Shown here: piece after piece, positions 7,753-16,713 of the stretch
Position numbering within the stretch: position 1 is the stretch's first letter
Layout: every line of letters begins with the position of its first letter
Assembly (NCBI RefSeq): GCF_000621645.1
Contig: NZ_JHXR01000028.1
Coordinates: forward strand, 1 to 32,000
Reading direction: 5' to 3'
Source: Vibrio cholerae ATCC 14035
GTDB taxonomy: Bacteria > Pseudomonadota > Gammaproteobacteria > Enterobacterales > Vibrionaceae
Length of the DNA stretch: 32,000 bases
Translations under genes and position numbers: made by a program
Notes under the pieces: model-generated
Database searches by the model: none
What the model saw: the letters and a program-made list of their open reading frames with translations, nothing else
What the model was told of the DNA's origin: nothing

Positions 7753-8349
7753 ATGGCAAGAAAATGCAACTTTGATCGCGAAGAGAAATTACACCAAGCA
7801 ATGACGCTGTTTTGGCAAAAAGGGTATGCCAATACCGCGATATCCGATTTGGTCGATCACTTACAAATCAATCGCTTTAGCCTTTACAACGCGTTTGGTG
7901 ATAAGCAAAAGCTCTATTATGAAGCGCTGGATCGTTATCTGAATTTGGTCAGTTCCCCTGCCCTTAAAGATCTCGAGCTCGAAAGTGCGGCGTGGCCAGA
8001 ATTGAAAGCGTTTTTGCAACATTTTGCCGCGCTCCAACGCGAGGGAAACCGTGGTTGTTTTATGCAAAATGCTTTGGTTGAGCATGCAGACACGGACGAT
8101 GAAGTCTTAAACAAAGGTCACGCGTTATTTGATCATCTGCTGCACCTGATCGCCCGTGCGCTCAACAATGCGATACAACAAGGTCAAATTGCGGCTCATC
8201 TTTGTGCGGACTCTTTGGCGCCATTAGTTTTGACCCAGATGCAAGGTATGCGCGTGCTTGGCAAAGCGCAGCGCCATGCCAATCTTGAGCAGGGATTAGA
8301 AGCCTTGATCCGTTTGATAGAGGGCGATTTTACAGGGGCTAAAGCATGA
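7753..8349 (+). CDS. TetR/AcrR-family transcriptional regulator
   Basis: 198 aa. N-terminal TetR HTH (AMTLFWQKGYANTAISDLVDHLQINRFSLYNAFGDKQKLY). Divergent from the GST pair. Confidence 0.85.
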   Translation: MARKCNFDREEKLHQAMTLFWQKGYANTAISDLVDHLQINRFSLYNAFGDKQKLYYEALDRYLNLVSSPALKDLELESAAWPELKAFLQHFAALQREGNRGCFMQNALVEHADTDDEVLNKGHALFDHLLHLIARALNNAIQQGQIAAHLCADSLAPLVLTQMQGMRVLGKAQRHANLEQGLEALIRLIEGDFTGAKA

Positions 8350-8738
8350 TCCATTTGATTGCCCTGCGCTTAACTCGAGGAATGGATTTAAAGCAGCAGA
8401 TTGTACAGCTCGTTCAACAACATCGAATCCATGCAGGCTCTATTGCGTCATGCGTGGGATGCTTATCGACGTTGCATATTCGCCTTGCCGATAGTGTTTC
8501 TACCCTACAAGTGAGTGCCCCGTTTGAGATTCTGTCACTCTCCGGCACTTTGACGTACCAACATTGCCATTTGCATATCGCGGTTGCTGATGCACAGGGG
8601 CGTGTTTGGGGTGGGCATTTGCTCGAGGGGAACCTTATCAATACCACGGCAGAATTGATGATCCATCACTATCCGCAGCACCACTTTACACGAGAGTTTG
8701 ACCCCAATACTGGCTATAGCGAACTTGTGGTCTCATAG
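8346..8738 (+). CDS. PPC (DUF296) domain protein
   Basis: 130 aa. Its ATG overlaps the TetR stop (ATGA at 8346-8349). The pattern FEILSLSGTL...HLHIAVAD..G.V.GGHL is typical of PPC/DUF296 domains. Confidence 0.7.
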   Translation: MIHLIALRLTRGMDLKQQIVQLVQQHRIHAGSIASCVGCLSTLHIRLADSVSTLQVSAPFEILSLSGTLTYQHCHLHIAVADAQGRVWGGHLLEGNLINTTAELMIHHYPQHHFTREFDPNTGYSELVVS

Positions 8739-8744
8739 TGAATC

Positions 8745-8793
8745 CTTCTTACTTGAAGCGGCAGCAGTGTTGGCTGCAACTCCAAGTAAGAAG
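8745..8793. terminator. Long nested hairpin between convergent genes (possible bidirectional terminator)
   Basis: Outer 11-bp arms CTTCTTACTTG (8745-8755) and CAAGTAAGAAG (8783-8793) enclose an inner GCAGC/GCTGC stem. No clear U-tract on either strand. Confidence 0.4.
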
Positions 8794-8821
8794 AAGTATA
8801 GGAAGACAATTACTCGCCCGA

Positions 8822-10414
8822 TTACAACAGAGAAAGACGCACTAGCTGCTGCGTATACGGGTGACTTGGATTCTCAAATAGGCTTTGAGTTTCGCCATGT
8901 TCGACAATCTCCCCCGCTTTCATCACTATGGTGTGGTGACATAAAGCGCGGATCACCGCGAGATCATGGCTAATAAACAGATAGGTTAATTGGTATTTCT
9001 GCTGCAAATCTTTCAGCAAATCCAGTACTTGCGCTTGTACAGTTCGGTCTAGCGATGAGGTTGGCTCATCAAGCAATATGAACTCAGGCTTGAGCACCAA
9101 CGCACGCGCAATCGCGATACGCTGCCGTTGACCACCAGAAAATTCATTGGGATAGCGATGCCGAGTGTCTACATCTAGGCCGACTTCCTGCATCACCGCG
9201 CAAATCGCGTGATCAATCTCGTCATCATTAAGCTGGCTATGCACGCGTAAACCCTCGCCTATCACTTGCGCCACCGACATTCGAGGATTAAGCGCAGAAT
9301 ATGGGTCTTGAAACACCACCTGCATTTTACTGCGATACGGCAGCATTTCACGGCGTTTGAGAGCTTGCAGATCTTGCCCTGCAAAACGGATAGCCCCTTG
9401 TGAGGCGAGAAGCTTGAGAATCGCCATGCCCGTGGTCGATTTCCCTGAACCACTTTCCCCCACCAAACCCAACGATTGCCCTTTGGCCAAGGTGAAACTC
9501 ATATCTGTAACCGCTTTTATATAGGCTTGAGTGCGGCGAAAATAACCGCCTTTGATTGGAAACCACACCCGTAACTTTTCCGCTTGCAGCAGCGTCGGAG
9601 CATCCATCGCTGTAGGGACGGGCACACCACGCGGATCGGCATTGATCAACTGCTGGGTATAGGGATGTGCAGGCGCAGCAAACAAAGTGTGGCACGCGTT
9701 AGTTTCGACCAATTGGCCACTTTGCATCACTGCCACTCGGTCAGCAATTCGGCGCACTATGCTCAAATCATGGGTAATGAACAACATCGCCATGCCCAAT
9801 TCTTGTTGCAGAGATTTAAGTAAATCCAAAATCTGTGCTTGTACCGAAACATCTAATGCTGTGGTAGGTTCATCGGCAATCAGTAGCTCGGGTTCATTGA
9901 TTAGCGCCATGGCAATCATCACACGTTGCCGCTCACCGCCTGAGAGTTCATGCGGATAGGCATTGATCTTAATTTCAGGATGACGAATCCCCACCTTGCC
10001 AAGCCATTCAATCGCTTTTTGCTCTGCTGCCGTTGCACGTAATCCTCGATGGATCGCTAAGGTTTCCACCAACTGTTTTCCAATTTTGTGCAGAGGATTA
10101 AGCGAGACCATCGGCTCTTGAAAAATCATCCCTATGCGTCCCCCGCGGATGCCGCGCAGCGCGCGCTCTGAGCAGCGCAGGGTATCTACATCGCCAAAAT
10201 GAATGCTGCCACTTAAATAGTGCGCCGATCCTTTGGGCAACAAACGCAAAATCGCGTTGGCTGTCACGGATTTTCCCGAGCCACTTTCTCCCACCAAAGC
10301 CAACGTTTCACCACGCGCAATGGTTAAGCTTACCCCTTCCGTCACAGGGCGTGCCTGCCCTGCGATACCAAAGCCCACCGACAGGTTATCTATCTTCAAT
10401 ACCCAATCGTTCAT
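8822..10414 (-). CDS. yejF: Peptide/microcin-C-type ABC transporter, fused double ATPase YejF
   Basis: 530 aa with two Walker A motifs (GESGSGKS twice) and two LSGGxxQR signatures. ATGA overlap with the yejE stop at 10411-10414. Confidence 0.85.
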   Translation of the reverse strand: MNDWVLKIDNLSVGFGIAGQARPVTEGVSLTIARGETLALVGESGSGKSVTANAILRLLPKGSAHYLSGSIHFGDVDTLRCSERALRGIRGGRIGMIFQEPMVSLNPLHKIGKQLVETLAIHRGLRATAAEQKAIEWLGKVGIRHPEIKINAYPHELSGGERQRVMIAMALINEPELLIADEPTTALDVSVQAQILDLLKSLQQELGMAMLFITHDLSIVRRIADRVAVMQSGQLVETNACHTLFAAPAHPYTQQLINADPRGVPVPTAMDAPTLLQAEKLRVWFPIKGGYFRRTQAYIKAVTDMSFTLAKGQSLGLVGESGSGKSTTGMAILKLLASQGAIRFAGQDLQALKRREMLPYRSKMQVVFQDPYSALNPRMSVAQVIGEGLRVHSQLNDDEIDHAICAVMQEVGLDVDTRHRYPNEFSGGQRQRIAIARALVLKPEFILLDEPTSSLDRTVQAQVLDLLKDLQQKYQLTYLFISHDLAVIRALCHHTIVMKAGEIVEHGETQSLFENPSHPYTQQLVRLSLL

Positions 10415-11466
10415 GCGCGGCTCCGTTGTAAATGAGGGTCAAAGGCATCACGTACCGCTTCACCGATAAAGACCAGTAAAGTCAGCATGACCGACAGCAC
10501 CACAAACGCTGAAATACCAAGCCAAGGCGCTTGTAAGTTGGCTTTGCCCTGTGCGAGCAGTTCGCCCAATGACGGTGAACCGGCCGGCAAGCCAAAGCCA
10601 AGAAAATCCAATGAGGTGAGAGTAGTGACTGAGCCAGAAAGAATAAACGGCATCATGGTTAACGAGGCGACCATAGCGTTTGGCAACATATGGCGCAGAA
10701 TAATGCGCATATCACTGACTCCCATCGCTTGTGCAGCACGTACATAATCAAAATTCCGGCAACGTAAAAACTCGGCACGCACGACGCCCACCAAGCTCAT
10801 CCAACTAAACAGCACCATGATGCCGAGCAACCACCAGAAATTCGGCTCAACAAAGCTCGATAAGATGATCAAAAGGAACAAGGTTGGCATGCCAGACCAC
10901 ACTTCAATAAAGCGCTGCCCAAACAGATCGAGCCAGCCGCCGTAATAGCCTTGCGTAGCACCGATTAAAACGCCAATCAGTGACGAAATCACCGTGAGAA
11001 TAAAACCAAACAACACCGAGATTCGAAAACCGTAAATGATCCGAGCTAATACGTCGCGCCCTTTATCATCTGTACCTAACCAGTTCACTGAATCCGGCGC
11101 AGAAGGCACACTGCCGGTGATATCAAAATTGATGGTGTCATAATGAAAACGGATCAGCGGCCAGATGATTTGCCCTTTCTCTTCAATCAAGCTAACCACA
11201 TAGGGATCGGTGTAATCCGCTTCAGTATCAAATTCTCCACCAAATTGGGTTTCGCTATAACGCTGTACAATCGGCATGTACCACGCTCCGTCATACTGAA
11301 TGAGGAGTGGCTTGTCGTTAGCGATAAGCTCAGCAAACAAGCTCACTACAAACAGCAATAAGAAAATCCACAATGACCAAAAACCACGCCGATTGGCTTT
11401 AAATCGCGCCCAACGCGCCTCAGTCAACGGATTCGGCACACGCTTGCTTGCTTTTGTCATCCCCAT
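10411..11466 (-). CDS. yejE: ABC transporter permease YejE
   Basis: Polytopic membrane protein of the BPD_transp_1 type. The ATG at 11466 overlaps the yejB stop (TGATG). The ORF-track start at 11469 is TTG. Confidence 0.85.
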   Translation of the reverse strand: MGMTKASKRVPNPLTEARWARFKANRRGFWSLWIFLLLFVVSLFAELIANDKPLLIQYDGAWYMPIVQRYSETQFGGEFDTEADYTDPYVVSLIEEKGQIIWPLIRFHYDTINFDITGSVPSAPDSVNWLGTDDKGRDVLARIIYGFRISVLFGFILTVISSLIGVLIGATQGYYGGWLDLFGQRFIEVWSGMPTLFLLIILSSFVEPNFWWLLGIMVLFSWMSLVGVVRAEFLRCRNFDYVRAAQAMGVSDMRIILRHMLPNAMVASLTMMPFILSGSVTTLTSLDFLGFGLPAGSPSLGELLAQGKANLQAPWLGISAFVVLSVMLTLLVFIGEAVRDAFDPHLQRSRA

Positions 11467-12548
11467 CAACGAGCCTCAAAATCAATGCGTGGGTCAACCC
11501 ACATGTAAGTCAAATCTGAAATGATGCTGAGCAACAACCCGAGCAATGTCATGATATACAACGAACTAAATACCAAAGGATAATCACGTTGGATAGTGGC
11601 TTCAAAGCCAAGTAGACCAATACCTTCCAGCGAGAACATCACTTCAATCAACATCGAACCCGTGAAGAAGATGCTGATAAATGCGCTCGGAAATCCGGCA
11701 ATGATGATCAACATGGCATTACGAAACACATGTTTGTAGAGAATGCGCCGTTCATCCAACCCCTTCGCGCGCGCGGTGACCACATATTGCTTGTTAATCT
11801 CATCTAAAAACGAGTTTTTGGTGAGCATGCTTAACGTAGCAAAACCGCCAATGACCATGGCTAATGTGGGTAACGTGAGGTGCCAAAAGTAATCGAGCAC
11901 TTGTTGATACCAAGGCAAGCTGGCGAAGTTATCGGAAACTAAACCGCGCAGCGGAAACCAACTGAAATAGTTGCCGCTGGCAAAGAGGATAATCAAGATG
12001 ATCGCAAACAGAAATCCGGGGATAGCGTAGCCAATGATCACCACCGCACTCGACCAAACATCAAAACGCGAGCCGTGATGAATCGCTTTGCTGATCCCCA
12101 AAGGAATCGAAATCAGATAGATCAGCAGCGTGCTCCACAATCCGAGGGAAATGGAAACCGGTAATCGCTCCACAATCAAGTCAATCACATCGCCGCCACG
12201 AAATAAGCTTTCGCCAAAATTAAACGTGGCGTAATCCTTAAGCATCTGGAAATAGCGTTCATGGATGGGCTTATCAAAGCCAAAACGACGGGTGATCTCT
12301 TCGACCACTTGCGGATCAAGTCCACGTGAACCTTTATAACCAGAAACCGACGCATCCGTCGGCGCCGCGACTTCTTGCCCGCCTCCCGTAAAACGCTCCA
12401 TGACGCCGGAGGTGTTACCTTCCAACTGAGCAATGGCCTGCTCTACTGGGCCCCCAGGAGCAATCTGAATAATAAAAAAGTTAATGGTGATGATGGCCCA
12501 CAATGTGGGCACCACCAGTAACAAACGGCGCAGAATATAACTGAGCAT
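11466..12548 (-). CDS. yejB: ABC transporter permease YejB
   Basis: The N-terminus [37 protein letters not shown] closely parallels E. coli YejB. GGAGG SD upstream. Confidence 0.85.
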   Translation of the reverse strand: MLSYILRRLLLVVPTLWAIITINFFIIQIAPGGPVEQAIAQLEGNTSGVMERFTGGGQEVAAPTDASVSGYKGSRGLDPQVVEEITRRFGFDKPIHERYFQMLKDYATFNFGESLFRGGDVIDLIVERLPVSISLGLWSTLLIYLISIPLGISKAIHHGSRFDVWSSAVVIIGYAIPGFLFAIILIILFASGNYFSWFPLRGLVSDNFASLPWYQQVLDYFWHLTLPTLAMVIGGFATLSMLTKNSFLDEINKQYVVTARAKGLDERRILYKHVFRNAMLIIIAGFPSAFISIFFTGSMLIEVMFSLEGIGLLGFEATIQRDYPLVFSSLYIMTLLGLLLSIISDLTYMWVDPRIDFEAR

Positions 12549-12556
12549 TGCGCCTC

Positions 12557-14374
12557 CTAACGCCGTTTTTCAGGTAGCCGCGCGGCTTTCTCTTGATCTA
12601 TCCACCAGGTGTCTAAACCAAGAGAATATTTCGGTAGCACACTTGGGCGGCTGAATTTATCCCACATCGCCACACGGTACATACTCAAATGCCATTGCGG
12701 AATGATGTAGAAATTCCATTGCAACACGCGATCGAGTGCTGAACCCAGTGCGCGAAGTTTTTCGGTATCTTGCTGGCTTTTGGCTATTTGTTCGGTCAGA
12801 GCATCAAGCACCGGATGATTGGCCCCCGCTGAGTTGTAGCTGGAGTCCATATAATTGGAATTCCAGACAATCAGTAGATTCGGGCTCGGGTAAGGATTCG
12901 CGCTAAAGCCGTGCGATATCATGTCAAAATCACGATCACGCAGACGTTTGGTGTATTGCGTGGTGTCGACCGTGCGGATCTTCATCTCAATCCCCATGAG
13001 TTGCAGATTTTTTTGCAGAGGAATCGCAATTCGCTCCGTTGTTGGACTGTAAATCAGCAGTTCAAAACTGAGTGGCTCACCAGTCTTGACGTTGGTCATC
13101 ACCTTATTTTTCAGCTCCCATCCCGCTTCTTTCAGCAAGGCAAATGCTTCGCGCATTTGGGTGCGAATTCGTCCGCTGCCATCGGTCACGGAAGGCTGAT
13201 AAGTTTCCGTAAATACCCGAGCGGGTAGTTGTTCTTTGTAAGGGGTGAGCACAGCAAGTTCTGCGGCATTCGGCAGACCTTGAGCCTCGTATTCGGTGTT
13301 TTGGAAATAGCTGCGGGTTCGCTGGTATTGATCGTAGAACAGGTTTTTGTTCATCCATTCAAAGTCTAAGGCGTAGTTGAGTGCCTCACGGACTCGAACA
13401 TCTTGGAACACAGGACGCTGTGTATTGAAAATAAATCCCTGAGTAGAGGCTGGCGCTTGGTGAGCAATTTCCTCTTTCTTAATCAAACCTTGGTCAAAAT
13501 TACGCCCAGTGTAAGAGGTCGCCCAGAACTTGGCTTGGTTCTCTTCACGTAAATCAAACTCACCCGCTTTAAACGCCTCCAGCATCACGGTGTCATCGCG
13601 ATAGTAGTCGTACTGGATCTGGGCGAAGTTGTTGCGCCCAACGTTGACCGGCAAATCTTTTGCCCAATAGTCCGGATTCAGTTTATAGGTCACACTTTGA
13701 CCGGGTTTGAAATCGACAATTTGATAAGCCCCACTCCCAACGGGAGGCTCATTGAGCGGCTCGGCCAAATTCTTGTATTGCCAGTAATGTTTGGGTAAGA
13801 CTCGGGTCGATTGCGCCAAGCTAAATAACTGTTCACGGTTTGGCTGCTTCATTTCAATGCGTACTGTCCGCTCAGCAATGGCTTTCACGGATTTTACATC
13901 CTGATAATACACTCGATATTGCGGGACACCTTCGGCCATAAACTTCTCAAAAGAGAACTCCACATCCTGCGCGGTGATCGGTTTGCCATCATGGAAACGC
14001 GCATTCGGATTGAGATCAATTTCCAGCCAAGTGAAATCATCGGAATAGCGAATTTTACTGGCAATCAAGGGATAGTAAGAGTCAATTTCATCCGCAGGAG
14101 AAAACATGAGAGGATCATACAGCTCTGCGGTATTGGCCGCCGCCACGCCACGTGAAGCAAAACGGTTAAAGTTGTCGTATGTGCCCAACTCACCGAAGGT
14201 CACTTTGCCGTATTTGGGGGCTTGTGGGTTGACATAATCAAAGTGCGTAAAGTTTTCTGGGTATTTAGCTTCCCCAAACCCAACCAGCCGAGTGGTTTCT
14301 ATCACGGCCGCCCAACTGAATTGGCTCGATAACGCGAGCGTCACTCCTAAAGCAATCGGCTTCCAACTGCGCAT
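12557..14374 (-). CDS. yejA: Periplasmic family-5 substrate-binding protein YejA
   Basis: About 605 aa. Signal peptide [22 protein letters not shown]. The ATG at 14374 is preceded by GAGGGAGA. The ORF-track start at 14392 is a GTG with no SD. Confidence 0.85.
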   Translation of the reverse strand: MRSWKPIALGVTLALSSQFSWAAVIETTRLVGFGEAKYPENFTHFDYVNPQAPKYGKVTFGELGTYDNFNRFASRGVAAANTAELYDPLMFSPADEIDSYYPLIASKIRYSDDFTWLEIDLNPNARFHDGKPITAQDVEFSFEKFMAEGVPQYRVYYQDVKSVKAIAERTVRIEMKQPNREQLFSLAQSTRVLPKHYWQYKNLAEPLNEPPVGSGAYQIVDFKPGQSVTYKLNPDYWAKDLPVNVGRNNFAQIQYDYYRDDTVMLEAFKAGEFDLREENQAKFWATSYTGRNFDQGLIKKEEIAHQAPASTQGFIFNTQRPVFQDVRVREALNYALDFEWMNKNLFYDQYQRTRSYFQNTEYEAQGLPNAAELAVLTPYKEQLPARVFTETYQPSVTDGSGRIRTQMREAFALLKEAGWELKNKVMTNVKTGEPLSFELLIYSPTTERIAIPLQKNLQLMGIEMKIRTVDTTQYTKRLRDRDFDMISHGFSANPYPSPNLLIVWNSNYMDSSYNSAGANHPVLDALTEQIAKSQQDTEKLRALGSALDRVLQWNFYIIPQWHLSMYRVAMWDKFSRPSVLPKYSLGLDTWWIDQEKAARLPEKRR

Positions 14375-14556
14375 GGCTTTCTCCCTCAACACGACGTAAA
14401 CAGATAATCAATACCTTCCCATTTGAAGCTGCAGCCAAGTTAGCGGCATTCAACGTCAAATCGTTTGGGTATAAGACATTTGAAATTATTAATAATTCAG
14501 TTACTTGGATAGTATAGTCACAAACTACTTGAAGTGGCAGGTCGGCGGCAAGTGAG

Positions 14557-14580
14557 TTCAGGGGAAATTCTTCCCCTGAA
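14557..14580 (-). other. 10-bp perfect stem-loop 7 nt downstream of the Nudix stop (weak terminator or RNA-stability element)
   Basis: TTCAGGGGAA (14557-14566), loop ATTC, TTCCCCTGAA (14571-14580). No U-tract follows on the minus strand. Confidence 0.35.
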
Positions 14581-14587
14581 AATGTGA

Positions 14588-15109
14588 TCAATGAAGGGTT
14601 TTAGCAATTAACCGTAAAAGGTAGGTTTCACGCTCAATGCTCATGCCTTTGCGTGAATCATTGAGCAGGGTTTGCTCGTTATGAGCAATCGCTTCGTGGA
14701 TGTTCACCCACATAGGTTTCATGCCATTACGTTGCTCGTAGTTTTCAAGCTGGGTCTGACCCAGTTTTTCATCCACCTCACAGCAATAACAATAAGACAC
14801 CATGTGGATCACATCCGCTTCTTGCTGTTTATGCCAAGGGCGAAATTCTTGGTATAAGCCAAAGGGTTGGATGTTGCGGACATTTTGCGCCCCGGTCTCT
14901 TCTTGCAGCTCGCGGATCATGCCCATCAGCACATCTTCATTGCTTTCTAATCCACCACCGGGCAAAGAATAATCGTGGTAACGCTCAGTGTAGAGGAGCA
15001 AAATGCGTTCACCGCGCATAGCAATCGCGCGAGCGGCTTTACGTTGCATAATTCGCTGCTGGTTCAACGGTTTAATATCAGGGTGTATAGCGACATATAG
15101 AGGTTTCAT
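14588..15109 (-). CDS. Nudix (MutT-family) hydrolase
   Basis: Canonical Nudix box GGGLESNEDVLMGMIRELQEETGA (G-x5-E-x7-REUxEExGU). The ATG at 15109 is preceded by AAGGAGA. The 13-codon ORF-track extension is rejected. Confidence 0.85.
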   Translation of the reverse strand: MKPLYVAIHPDIKPLNQQRIMQRKAARAIAMRGERILLLYTERYHDYSLPGGGLESNEDVLMGMIRELQEETGAQNVRNIQPFGLYQEFRPWHKQQEADVIHMVSYCYCCEVDEKLGQTQLENYEQRNGMKPMWVNIHEAIAHNEQTLLNDSRKGMSIERETYLLRLIAKTLH

Positions 15110-15150
15110 CGGCTCTCCTTTTCCAACGGTTTTGAGCGATGCTAACACAT

Positions 15151-15183
15151 CAAAAAGTCGAAGACCCTGATAAATCAGGGTCT
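15151..15183 (-). terminator. Probable rho-independent terminator after the DHH gene
   Basis: Stem AGACCCTGA (15162-15170), loop TAAA, stem TCAGGGTCT (15175-15183). On the minus strand a TTTTT run follows after a 5-nt offset. Confidence 0.45.
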
Positions 15184-15201
15184 ATTTGCGCTGAATCAAA
15201 T

Positions 15202-16134
15202 TTAACCATCCGCATTGATCTGGGTGATCAAGGCTTTTTCGACGCGATCCGCATCTTCAATCGCGATCTGGCAGGTACCTGCGGCAGCGTGTCCACCCCC
15301 ACCATATTTGAGCATCAATTCACCGATATTGGTTCTCGAGCTGCGATCGAAAATCGATTTTCCGGTGGCGAACACGATGTTCTGTTTCTGGAATCCCCAC
15401 ATTTTATGAATAGAAATATTGCACTGCGGATAAAGGGCATAAATGATAAAACGGTTCCCTGCATAGATGGTTTCTTCTTCTGTAAGATCAAGCAACACCA
15501 GATTTTGGTAAACCTTACCACAGCGCTGGATCTGCTCTTTAAACAAGGTTTCATGTTTACGGTACAGTTCTACCCGTTCTTTCACATCTGGTAGTTGCAG
15601 GATTTCGTCAATCGATGCGTGAGTGCAGTGATCAATCAATGCCATCATTAAGTTGTAATTAGAGATCCGGAAATTGTGGAAACGTCCAAGACCCGTCCGA
15701 GCATCCATCAAAAAGTTGAGCAAATTCCAGCCCGTAGAATCTAAGACCTCATCGCGGGTAAATTGCGCCGAATCCCCTTTATCTACCGCCTCCATCATTT
15801 CAACCCATTCAAACGGAAAGGTTTTGGTTCCGCCGTAGTGCTCCCACACCACACGCGCGGCCGAAGGCGCATTCGGGTTAATAATGTGATTCGGTCTCTC
15901 GCCTTTATTTCTGAGGGTTTCTGAGTGGTGATGATCAAATACCAAATGCGCGTTGGCGACATAAGGTAAGTTAGTGATGATGTCTCGCTCCGTGATCGGG
16001 ACTTTACCATCTTGCATATCTTTCGGATGGACAAACTGGATGTCATCAATCAGCTCGATACTTTTGAGCAAAACTGCACACACCAAACCATCAAAATCAC
16101 TGCGTGTCACTAATCGATACTTGAGTGATGACAT
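15202..16134 (-). CDS. DHH/DHHA1-family phosphoesterase (NrnA/NrnB/PggH-like nanoRNase or dinucleotide phosphodiesterase)
   Basis: 310 aa. DHH motifs DFDG and FDHHHSE in the N-terminal half. DHHA1 GGGGH motif (KYGGGGHAAAG) near the C-terminus. Confidence 0.8.
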   Translation of the reverse strand: MSSLKYRLVTRSDFDGLVCAVLLKSIELIDDIQFVHPKDMQDGKVPITERDIITNLPYVANAHLVFDHHHSETLRNKGERPNHIINPNAPSAARVVWEHYGGTKTFPFEWVEMMEAVDKGDSAQFTRDEVLDSTGWNLLNFLMDARTGLGRFHNFRISNYNLMMALIDHCTHASIDEILQLPDVKERVELYRKHETLFKEQIQRCGKVYQNLVLLDLTEEETIYAGNRFIIYALYPQCNISIHKMWGFQKQNIVFATGKSIFDRSSRTNIGELMLKYGGGGHAAAGTCQIAIEDADRVEKALITQINADG

Positions 16135-16373
16135 GTTCTTCCCTCTTCAAAGCTTTGAGATCCCTGCCCATTAGAAACACCCTGTTGCACCATATACATT
16201 GACGTCTTAACGGCCAATCATGGGATACCAAACCTAAAATGAAACAAAAATGTTGTTTATTTGAGCTTTTATTAATTGTAGACAGCATCAATCTTTTGAC
16301 AAATCTGACATATAGCAAAAAATTAATTTTGTAGAATACTGATATGCAACCCGTAACAAAAAATGGAGAAAGC

Positions 16374-16625
16374 ATGAATAAAACCGCCCTATTACTCACT
16401 GTTGTTGGTGCCGTTCTGCTCACTGGCTGTGCGCGCCAAGAGAATGAGTACACCGTTAAGGAATACACTTCTATGGCAAACCCAGCTTCCGTTTACTGTG
16501 TGGAGCAAGGGGGTCAGTTGGAGATGGTGACAGAGAATGAGCAACGCGTCACTTACTGCGTGACCAAAGATGGTGAGAAAATCGAACAGTGGGAATATTT
16601 TCGCCAAAACCATGACCAACAATAG
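16374..16625 (+). CDS. DUF333-type small lipoprotein (often annotated putative hemolysin)
   Basis: 83 aa from the ATG at 16374 (GGAGA SD). Lipobox LLTGC. The NPASVYCVEQGG...YC...WEYF pattern is typical of DUF333. Confidence 0.7.
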   Translation: MNKTALLLTVVGAVLLTGCARQENEYTVKEYTSMANPASVYCVEQGGQLEMVTENEQRVTYCVTKDGEKIEQWEYFRQNHDQQ

Positions 16626-16647
16626 TCACCGCCGGTTGGGATAGATG

Positions 16648-16674
16648 AGGCAGCTAAGCTGCCTTTTTGGTTTT
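16648..16674 (+). terminator. Rho-independent terminator
   Basis: AGGCAGC (16648-16654), loop TAA, GCTGCCT (16658-16664), followed by TTTTTGGTTTT. Confidence 0.75.
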
Positions 16675-16684
16675 CATTGGCGCG

Positions 16685-16713
16685 CTTTCGGTTAGCGCAC
16701 TTTCGGTTAGCGC
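16685..16713. repeat. 14-bp perfect direct repeat (CTTTCGGTTAGCGC x2, 15-bp period) spanning the stop codon of the YdcF-like gene
   Basis: Copies at 16685-16698 and 16700-16713. The duplication creates a second in-frame TAA 15 nt downstream of the stop. Confidence 0.8.

Noticed and set aside
14482-14500. Fur box interpretation of the AT palindrome upstream of yejA
   Set aside because: Only 11/19 matches to GATAATGATAATCATTATC, below what is usually accepted.
14265-14591. 108-aa minus-strand ORF spanning the Nudix-yejA intergenic region
   Set aside because: It starts at a TTG with no SD, overlaps about 36 codons of yejA out of frame, and has no recognisable domain. It is most likely a chance ORF across the leader region.
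16097-16468. 123-aa minus-strand ORF across the DHH/DUF333 divergent promoter region
   Set aside because: It overlaps both well-supported flanking CDSs, runs through AT-rich promoter DNA, and has no SD or recognisable motif.
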